From NCBI RefSeq assembly GCF_018977255.1, contig NW_024704742.1:28212001-28276000 (forward strand): 64,000 bases of DNA, in the 5' to 3' direction. A program made the translations under genes and the position numbers. The stretch is from Callorhinchus milii (lineage: Eukaryota). The notes beneath the pieces are model-generated. The model ran no database searches, was not told where the DNA came from, and saw only the letters and a list, made by a program, of their open reading frames with translations. Positions 54,367 through 64,000 of the stretch are shown here, piece by piece (positions within the stretch are counted from its first letter, which is position 1; every line of letters starts with the position of its first letter).

Positions 54367-56354
54367 TAAACAAACGCTTCCATCCTTAAGCAAATGTGCT
54401 TTACCACTGTGCACTGCAAAAGAGTTTACCATAGACTTCAAGTGAATGTTATTTTTCCTTCTTGTCTGTGAAAACTGCTGTTTTCAACCTGTACAAAGTT
54501 ATTAAGTCTCCAGTGGGAAAGCTACTGATCGGTTATACATATGTCCTCCTCCATTATTTATATTCACAGGCCCAATGTTTAATTTAACAGATCAAGATTC
54601 ATGACTTTTTAAAAAGTTAAAATAGAAGGGATGACAGCAGGTTTGTTTAAATTCACTATTATGTCACACCAGCATGCAAGGTATAAAATCTGCGCTCTGG
54701 AACATATGTCGGTTGCCTTGGGGACTTGCAATTGTATACAGAGAGAGTACATTAATGCAAATGTATTTCTACTTGAGAAAATAGGCCTGGTTGATGTTAA
54801 AAATGTCATGAAAAAGTACACTTTGACAAATTGAGTCGTAGCGCTGAGTATTGTCAACATTGGCTTTTAGAAGACAGAAGTTTTAGCTAGAAAATCTACA
54901 CAGTCAATGAACACAGGGGAGCCATCAGACGCTGAGAATAGAGATCAGTCATTATCAAAACTGATGAGGCTTTTGTTTGAAGAAGAGCAAACTGGAAACA
55001 CCCAATTGCAAGGCTAAAACACACTTGCTCTGTGAGCGAACAACATGGGTGAGTAAAAATAATTCAGCTGTCCAAAGTGAATAGGTTTTTCAGCTCAGAA
55101 CGTAACCTCAATCGGCAGGTGAATGCAAGAACGAGCCACCGTGGGAGAGCAGCCTTTTAAATTTGAAGTGTTGAGAGAATTTGAGATCCTAACATTCTGT
55201 AATCTCTAATGCATTATTGTGTCAGCACTATCTAAGTTACACGCATATCAGTGCCAAAACTGGGATAGGGAGGTAAGGGAATCCTTGCTCTCAGAACCAC
55301 AATTCAAACTGTTGCAAACTCTCAGCTGCAAAATGTATGCGGTTCGTGCACAGAAGAACATAACCTGCCCGATTATTCTCAAAGTGTTCCTTCGACACGG
55401 ATGGATGGCACTGGACAACACATGACACTTATTGCAGGGTATTTTTTTTGTTTGATTTTTATTTGGAGAGTTTCGCTTTACACTGAGACCCAGAGCGCTG
55501 TATGATCAGCCACAAGTGTTGCTTCGGCCCGATTTAAACATGACTATAAGCCCCTGTGTGGTGTGTGATTTTGCCTTGAAGTGTTGTGTTAAGGCATCTG
55601 TAAAACATGAGCATGAGGCCCCTGGACAGTGTGTGTGGTAGTTCCTGAAGTGCTACGATTTTAAACATGTTCATTAGATGCTGGGCAAAGCAGCAGGACA
55701 TGACATCTGGTTTTAACATGCACTTTAATAATGCAGATAATCAGGATTGAATTATTTTATTTTAATCTACGGTGGTGCTGCCCTTTTCATGCAGTAGAGG
55801 GCACACCATTACCCATATCACTTTTCAGGGGTAGTAATAATCCCTTCAAAAAACAGTAATTTGGTCACTCAATCTGTGACTGTTTGTGGGAACTGCTGTG
55901 CGCTGTCTGTTGCATTCAAAATGTACAATCAATTCACTTTACAATTTATTCCATGAAGTTTTTTGAGGAGTCCCACCAATGTGATATGGTGCTATATAAA
56001 ATACAGAATTATTATTATTATATACATTGCACTACATGTTTGTTTTTATTGGTGAAACAAATGAAGTACTGGGGCCATTGGTGCATGACATGAAAAAGAT
56101 TCAAAACAGCAAAGCTGACATAGGATAAATCGAGAAGAAATAGCTTAGCAACACCTAGCTGGGTTTTTAAAGCTTGTAGATTGTAGGATTTATATGTAGC
56201 TATTGAGGCATAGCTCAGCTGGAAGTGTTCAGTGCCAATTTCAGCATCAGACATTCTTCTGTTTATTTTCTAATTTGCCAGTCTTTTAAACTGAGTTCTT
56301 GACAAGGAAGTTTATTAGTATTGGATCAAGTACTGCATTCTCACAGCCTTTTAT

Positions 56355-56584
56355 CTCAAGGTGCGTGACTCTGAATCAGAAAGTTGTGCTCCCCATCGGG
56401 ACTTTGATCTCATAGTCTAGGCTGATTTTCGAATGCAGTGCTGGGGTGTGCTGCATTGTTGGAGATGCCATCCTTCAGATTAGACGTTAAACCCTTGTGC
56501 CTATTCAGATGGTCATTAACGATCCCATGGCACTATTCTGAAAGAGAATGGAGTTTTAATCAGTGTCCCAGCCAACAATCCTCC
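56355..56584 (+). mobile_element. DeuSINE family A, 5' and core
   Basis: ctctgaatcagaa...gctgcattgttggagatgccatccttcagat...gatcccatggcactatt. Confidence 0.75.
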
Positions 56585-56918
56585 AAATAATAATAATAAT
56601 CCTTGCATTTGATATAGCGCCTTGTCAGTCTTCGAGATATTTCAAAGCGCTTCACAGAATTTACTGTAAAGTGAATTGACTGTATATTTTGTGGGCAAAC
56701 TTGGCAGCCAATTGCACACAGCAGTGTTCCACAAACAGTTGTGACCAATTTATTATTATTATTTGTTTTGAAGGAATTATTGGAAAAGCGATCAGCAATC
56801 AACTAACAACCGGGTTCCTACTTACCGCTAGGTAAACAGAGGCGTTGTAGAGTAAGGAAACTTGCCCAATGTTTCGCCCTGTCAGGAACCAAACCCGAGT
56901 CCTCTTGCTTGTGAGGCA
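56585..56918 (-). mobile_element. SINE family B
   Basis: (aat)n ccttgcatttgatatagcgcc...ccgggttcctacttaccgctaggtaaacagaggcg...aaggaaacttgcccaa. Confidence 0.85.
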
Positions 56919-57069
56919 TTATGTAGTAATGGAGTGCTCCAGTGATTACAGTATAATACAATTTACATTTATATAGCATCTTTCCCTATGGGAGAACGTC
57001 TCAAAGTGCATGACAATGCCAGCTGTTTACCCGAGCTGGGTTTGAGAGCCGATGGGAACGGGAAAGATA

Positions 57070-57485
57070 GTAATAATCCTTGCATTTGATACAGCGCCCT
57101 ATCACATCATCGAAATGTTTCAAAGTACTTCACATGATACGTTGTAAAATGGATGGCTGTATTTTACTGTATGGGGGGAAAATGCAGCAGCCAGTTTGAG
57201 CACAGCAATGTCCCACAATCAGCCAATGAAGTGCGTAACCAACTGTGTACTTGGGAGATTTGTTGGCCAGGACGCCAGGAGAACCTTACCTCTTCCTTCA
57301 AATAGTGCCACAGAATCCCCAACATCCATCTGAACAGTCCTCAGTTCAACATCTCATTGAAAGGACGGCAGCTCTGTTTGGGGTGTCAGCTGCCTTAGAT
57401 GATATGATTCCACGTTCCGACATGAGGCCTGAACCCACAACCCTCCGCCCCAGAGGCGAGAGTGTTTACTACTGAGCCAGGATAC
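57070..57485 (-). mobile_element. DeuSINE family A
   Basis: Reverse-complement tail, ttggccaggacgccaggagaac, and gaacccacaacc...cagaggcgagagtg...actgagccagg. Confidence 0.8.
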
Positions 57486-57499
57486 ATGACTCAACTCGT

Positions 57500-57935
57500 G
57501 ATGATAGAGGTACTTGTTGAGATGTTCCTTGAGGGAGGGGAGGGAGTTGAATGGACTCCAGGATGGAGTCCCAGAGAGCGGGGGCAGAATGGCTGAAAGC
57601 CCCCACAGATGGAAGGGTGGTAACATAATCCAGGCCAGTGCTTGTTAAGCGAGGGAGCAATGGATCTGTAGAGTTGAAGGAGTTTGCAGAGGTAGGGTAG
57701 GGACCGTGGTGGGAATTGAATCTGAAAGAGGATCTTGAGCTCGATCCACTGAGGGATAGGGAGCCAATGGAGCCGAACATGGATGGGGATGATAGGCTTG
57801 TTGAGCCTGGTGTGGGAGAGGACACAGTTTGCAGAGTTCTGGATAGTCTACAGCTTGTGTAGAGAAGAGCTGTGGAGTCCAGAAAGCAGAGCTTTGGCAT
57901 AGGCAAGGCTGGATGTGATAAAAGATAGCATGAAC
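57500..57935 (-). mobile_element. Old L2 fragment
   Basis: Minus-strand ORF includes AFSHSAPALWDSI. Confidence 0.65.
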
Positions 57936-58000
57936 GTGTGTGTGTGTGTTGTGTGTTGTGAAATGACAGAGACATAAATCTTTCCAATGTTTCTCACGTG

Positions 58001-58238
58001 TATCAACCTGGCTCAGTTAGTAGCACTCTCACCTCTCAGTCAGAAGGCCGTGGGCTCAAACACAATAAACTTGGTCACTTGTTTCATGACTGTTTGTGGG
58101 ACATTGCTCTGTACAAAATGGACTGCTGCATCTGCCTTCAAATCTATAGTCACTACATTTTGCAGTGAAGCTCTTTGAGATTTCCTCATGACATGAAAGA
58201 TGCTGTATCAAAGCAAGGATTGTTATTATTATTATTCT
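58001..58238 (+). mobile_element. Internally deleted family A SINE (tRNA head joined to Deu 3' part and tail)
   Basis: cctggctcagttagtagcactctcacctctcagtcagaagg...caaacac | aataaacttggtcactt...tgtttgtgggacattgct. Confidence 0.75.
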
Positions 58239-58839
58239 CACAGCATTCGACATGCCGAGACTCCACTTGCTAAAATCACTCAAGCTGCTGCTATTGTGCC
58301 TTTTTGAAATGCAATATAAAAGTACCAGCATTCTAACACAGGGCTTCACGTTCAAGCACAACTTGTCATATAAATTATGGATTTTTTTTTTAAGAGATCA
58401 ATACGACTGTGGGAATAACCGTAAAACAGGCTCAACAAAATCAATATGTTTTAACATACCTACTTAAATCAAATAAGTTAACAATTATTAGGCATCAGTC
58501 TGGCTTGAGATGGAAGCACGTTGCAGACTCCACTCCCGCCCCGTCCACAACAGTTTTCTCCTCACAATTTCTCCCCTTTTCACCTCCTCCCGTGAAGGTG
58601 CAGGACTCCTAACTGTGATCCTGTTCCACAGTCAAGCTGTGTTAACTCACCCAAGTAACTAACAATTCATATTATTCACTGCCCTTGACAATAGGGAGTG
58701 TCTGTAGGCTGTTCACTTCATCACCGCCGAGCCCAATCATCTTCTCGTCTGAGGCTCACAGTTCCGCTTAGCCTTGTCCTAAAATGAAGACGGCAAGAAC
58801 TGTGACCATATTTTCAAATTCAGTTTGAATTCCTTGGTC

Positions 58840-58980
58840 AGCAGCCGGGTGTCTGACACATGCTGAACCTCATCACCATGCTTATGAGTGTCCAAACCAA
58901 ACTGAGAGTTCAATGCCTCCCACCCGAGAGATTTATTGGAACGGAATACGCACTCTCTCCCTGGAGGAACGCAGGTTCTT
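58840..58980 (+). repeat. Unidentified ~140-bp repeat, copy 4
   Basis: ggtgtctgacacatgctgaacctcatcaccatgctta...tccaaaccaa...gcactctctccctggagg. Confidence 0.75.
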
Positions 58981-59234
58981 TTTGAACGTGGGAGCCTTAC
59001 ACCTTTTTAAGAACTGCGGAAAACCAGCTTTCAGGTAAAAGATTGAATTTAAGAAAACTTTCCACAATCCTGAAATATTAAAACAAGCTGATATCACAGT
59101 GGAATTTCATGCCTCTGACAACATGCGTACATTTAAGCAGCAGTGACTCTCAGCAATCAAACGCTGGGGCTCCAGTCAGCCTCCATTACTCTATAGGGTT
59201 CAAACCAACAATGCCACTGAAATCGGCCAACAAC

Positions 59235-59575
59235 TGTAATGTATTGGTTAGAGCACTCGCCTCACAAGCAAAGGACTCAGGTTTGATTTCTGAACAGAGG
59301 GAAACCTCAGGCAAATTTACTTACTCAACAGCCCCCTGTTTCGCTAACAGTAAGTAGGAACCCGGTTTGATTGGCGGATCGCTTTCCAGGGGTAATGATC
59401 CCTTAAAAAAAATTTAATCACTGTTTGTGAAACGCTGCTGTGCACAATTCAGTGCTGCGTTTTGCCCACAAAATATACAGTCAATTCACTTTACACTATA
59501 CTTTTACAGTTAAATGCTTTGAGATGTCTGAACAATGTCATAAGGTGCTATATCAAATGCAAAGATTATTATAAT
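59235..59575 (+). mobile_element. SINE family B
   Basis: ggttagagcactcgcctcacaagc...cagtaagtaggaacccgg, followed by the tail. Confidence 0.8.
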
Positions 59576-60614
59576 TTAGTTTCCTAACTAGGGGATATTT
59601 TACAGCATTTCCTGATGGTTTTCTTAATTAAGTAATCCACAATATCGTCTGATGGGAATACCAATCTTGTTCTATTTTCCGGATTGCATTCTCTTCAATC
59701 GGAGCGACGCGAGTGAAATCCCTCTGAAATGTTGCAAAATTGACCCTGCAGTTTTTGAGGGATTCAAACAAGAGCTGTGTTTCTTCATTCAGCATATCTT
59801 CAAAGCAGACAAGCTGAAATCACGTCTTAGCCGAACTCTATGCTCAAATGCCGCCTCCATAATGACACAAAATAATGTGTTTCTTGAGCAACAGGTAGGA
59901 TGGTGGTGATTTAATTATTTATTCAAGTCACCTAAGGATTAAAGCACTGCAATATTGTTGCTAGTGTCTGTGTATGCGCGGGGCATTCAGATCCACAGGC
60001 AGTGTGAGGAACTGGTGGAAGATGTAATGTTTCAAAAGAGATTCCATCACCCTGTTATCAAATGTTGCATTTATTATCATTGTTTCAAAGAGTAGGTTCT
60101 TTCTAGCACTGTCAAAAAGTTGGAAAACCTAGATCGAGGGAAGTGAATGCTTTGGCAGTCTAAGAGTTAAAGTATCATTGTAAACATGTTTGCATAAAAG
60201 GCTACATTAACTTCAATACATCTCAAATTACTGCATTTCTACCAGTTAAGATTTTTTTAAAAAAATCATCCATTGTGTGCACCGACACAGAGTCAATACC
60301 TTCTGGCATTTTGAATAATATTGAAATAAACAGTGGATTTCACAGGAAGCTAGCAAATCAGCATGTCTCGGAGCAATGATGTGTGATCAGTGATTGTGCC
60401 CACAAAAAAAATAGCTAGTCTGGTGAGACTGTGTGCTGTTTACTTCACGATTGATTTTTAATACCTTAGTGCTTGGTTTATTTTACATACTTATTCTCAC
60501 CAGGGAAGTCTTTCCATCAAAACACAGTGTTGTTACGTAATGCAAATGCATTGCTTTCCAATTTGTTTCCCACTCAGTAATTTTAATTCTGGGTTTATCC
60601 ATAGGGAAGTGACA

Positions 60615-60683
60615 CGTGTGTGTATATATATATATATACATATGTGTGTGTTTATATGTGTATATATATATATATGTATATAC
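60615..60683. repeat. Mixed (TG)n/(TA)n microsatellite
   Basis: gtgtgtgtatatatatatatatacatatgtgtgtg... Confidence 0.85.
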
Positions 60684-61469
60684 ATTGTTAAGCTTTCTAA
60701 ATGTTTTCAGCCCAAGCAGATTGCGAGAGTAGGCTGTTCAATGTTTATTGCTGGTTGCTACTGAATAGTATGGAGGTGGATTAGTGCTAGAAATACAGAT
60801 TTGGATGTTACCCCCCTATATTATAGGTCAGGTAATGTAGTTCAAGATGAGAAATGCTCTACTTATTCATTCTCTCAAAGTATTTAATGATCGAAGGTTG
60901 TCTATGTGCAGAGAATGGACTCTACAGAACTGGATCTGCTCCTTTATAAAAGAGCTGGATGACCACCTGCTTGGAAAAGCGTTGGAGGTCATAGGGTTAG
61001 TATTATATTGAGATGAACAGTTACTCCAAGCAGGGGGTTGAATGAATGGAGCTGTGGGGTTGAATTAATATGTTGGTGTTTTACTTTGAAAATATTGGGG
61101 GTCAGAGAGTATCTACACAATACCATTTCCAATGAGATGGCTTTGGCAGGTTGACACTTTGCACTTGGTAAAATGTTTAAGTTAAATGGATTAAAGCCGA
61201 CCCTAAGTTATCCTAATATTTTATTTTAGGGAGAAAAAAATCTACTGTTTAGAAGATTTTGACCCACCCTTAAAAGGAGACATGATGACAAGGATATCCA
61301 TTTGCAATAAATTCAACTAATCTTATTATTAGTATTAGTTGCCACTATTATTTATTTCTCGAATGTTACGTGAGACACCACAGCATTCATTTTAATTGTT
61401 GTCCGCTTAATTCAAATTTTAAACATTGATGTGCAATTTTGTAAAATCAGTTTGTAAGTTTGGTAATCC

Positions 61470-61612
61470 TATCGCCCCCACCCAACCTGCACTCTGCCCC
61501 TCTTGATTCCAGGCCCCAGGTTAGGTGAAAACGCTTGACTGTCCAGCACCTTGGGACATCCTCCTGATGTGAAAACTGCCATATAAATGTAATTATAGTT
61601 GTTATTATTATT
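61470..61612 (+). mobile_element. L2 3' tail fragment
   Basis: ctgtccagcaccttgggacatcctcctgatgtgaaaactgcc. Confidence 0.7.
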
Positions 61613-63649
61613 GAATGTTCCAAGAGTCTGTGCAAGAGTTTGGTCACATTTGTTCAGTAAAATGTTGACATGTGAGAGTTCTTACCTGAAATGGAAGGTG
61701 GAAGTGTGTGCGAGGGAAGGGGCAACAAGTGTGCTTGGTGAGATGTAACTCTACATTTGTTTACATTTTACCTAGATCGTTTGTATTTTCACAATTAATG
61801 ATGTAAGCCAGATTTTGAGAAATGTTATACATTGTACACTGATTCCAAAGAGAAGCCAGACTCAGTAGTTAAGATCTTTTGTCCCATCTAACTTGTGTCC
61901 CGGCCAGCAATCCCAAATAAAATTGGTCACTCATTAATTGAGCTGGGTGTGGTACATTGATGTGCACAAATTGATTGTCACATTTACCCACAAAACACAC
62001 AGTAAAACATTTTACACAGTAAATTCTGGGAAGTACTTTGGGACATCCTCCTGAAAGGTGCTATACCAAACGTAAGGTTTATTTATTTATGATTATTACT
62101 TATTAATAAATTGCCCATAGAAAGAGAACAATTTATTCTGTACTCCTTGTTCTCAAATAGTTTAGCGTAAATGAGTAGGAACTAGAGGGTAATTCTCGTG
62201 CTCGTGTTATCTCCGACGCATGTGGATGCTTGCCAGTATAAACTGGCAGCTGCACTTGTGACTAAATCTCAGCTACCCTTTAACACCCACACATCCTGCC
62301 CTTATTTCTATCCCCCTGTCGAATCACCATTTTTTCTCTCCTTTACCAGCTGGCAAGATCAAAAATATTTATAAAACAGACACGTATGTTGCACTGGTAT
62401 GAAGCATCTTGATTGAACTTGTACATAGTAAAGAATGCATTCTTATGTCTTTTCGTGAGTATGTTAAGAGAAAGTATGTGAATTTTGGCGTGAAAACTAT
62501 CACTGATGATAATTATCTCATGAACAGAGATACAAATTAAGGCATTTCACAGTTATCCCTGTCAATGGGGGTAAGAGGGACAGTGGTGACACTCCACCCC
62601 CCAATCAATTTCAGCACATTAGTTGGGTCCAAAAAAATTCTGAGTGCCACCATTTTTATTTTCATTGACCACAGCTCCGCTGTTAACAATCACAGGTGTA
62701 GCCTTTCAGCTTTGCTTCATAAGATAATGGCATGATATTAAGATGGTATCTCATGAAGCCGTGATAAAAGCTGCACTCAGTCATTGGCAACAATGACAGC
62801 TGCTCCTTGATCACTGAATGCATGCAAAGATAAAACGGGTGCATGAAGATCAACTATTGTGCCACTGTTGCTGGGTGATAATTATCACATCGCAAGTCAA
62901 ATAATTTAGCTCTGAGTATCAAGGCTTTGTGGTTAATCCAGCAGCGTCAATGGGACAGTATCTTTACAAGCTCAATGTTAAGCCTACATTACAATTTTGC
63001 ACTATTATCAAAACTCAATTGTGGCAAAATAGAGTTAAGGCCAGCAAATATTCTCAGAACTCAGGAAATATCAAGTGGTTTGGAGAAGAATGGAATGTTA
63101 CACTCTTTCCTTTGATGTAGAAATCTCATGGTTGAATAAGTGTTGTAGAGTTGATTTAGGTTATCCTACAGCATACGAGATTCATAGGTCAAGAAATATG
63201 ACTTGAACTTACAACATATCTTTTTATTGAGCCAGCTAGTCACACACATAATGTGAATTGTAAATCAGGTCATTCATCGTCTTTACACCCTGGCCTTTTA
63301 AGTACAAACAGGTTAATGCTGAACATGCTGACCATAAGTTGTATTAATGCAACCATTGATTCTGGGAATATCAGAGGAAGCGACATGGGAAGATAAGTAC
63401 ATTTATATCACCATTAGTCATGACCCTTAGTTTATGATATTTGAAGAGTATTTGGTTCTTATATCTTTTAGAATGGTCTAACATTAGTATTACTTAAGTT
63501 GACACAATAATTACTCCCGTATGTGTAAAGCTTTATCGACTCAATCGGTTACATTGAGAGCAATTCACAACATTTCAATTCCTTAGCTTGATTTGTGAAT
63601 TTGTGAGGGTTACCAGTAAAGTATTTATACATTTAATGACCATGTATAT

Positions 63650-63850
63650 CCATAAGAACTATAGAAATGTACAGTACAGAAGAAGGCCAATCAGCCCAAT
63701 CCATGCCTTTACTTCATACCCCTGAAAATTACTCTATTTAGATATCAATGTAGGTACCTCTTGAAAGCTAATTTGAGTTCTTCCTCAACCACAGCACCCA
63801 ATACAGATTGCACAGCTGTGTAAATTAAATCCTTCCTATCTCCTGCTTTA
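63650..63850 (-). mobile_element. Old CR1 3' end fragment
   Basis: cataagaactatagaaatgtacagtacagaagaaggccaatcagccc resembles the reverse complement of a CR1-type tail. Confidence 0.55.
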
Positions 63851-64000
63851 AGTTACCAATGGATCAGGAATCTGACCATATTTTTCACACAATGTACTCT
63901 GATGATATGTCTTGGTATGTGATATGTCAAGCCAGATTTGTGTAGCTAGGTGGACGTTCAGATTTTTTTCTTTCAGCGGATATTTTTACATTATTTATCC

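Noticed and set aside
59996..60030. cagGCAGTGTGAGGAACTG as the next DIAPH exon (expected QAVKEN...)
   Set aside because: The frame reads Q-A-V-stop and has no downstream KRRE.EEK similarity. The next exon is probably beyond the window.

Overview
Eukaryotic, repeat-rich vertebrate DNA. The CR1, L2 and DeuSINE content suggests a cartilaginous fish (inference). The window appears to lie within one + strand Diaphanous-type formin gene (DIAPH family, closest by eye to DIAPH1). Three coding exons of the C-terminal FH2 domain are visible: 26556-26685, 29415-29539 and 54181-54345. I did not find the neighbouring exons, so they probably lie outside the window. The main feature is a 24,641-nt minor-spliceosome (U12) AT-AC intron at 29540-54180, with a textbook ATATCCTT donor and TTCCTTAAC branch point. 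The introns hold a nearly full-length decayed CR1 LINE, several L2 LINEs (one young, with a 7-bp TSD), and at least three tRNA-derived SINE families. One SINE family looks like a CORE/Deu mosaic, and two share a covarying 3' stem-loop with the L2s. There is also a palindromic MITE-like family and an unidentified ~140-bp interspersed repeat. Nearly all ORFs in the supplied track are spurious or LINE fragments. I found no CRISPR array, rRNA, intact tRNA or prokaryote-type system. Repeat boundaries and identities were estimated by eye.
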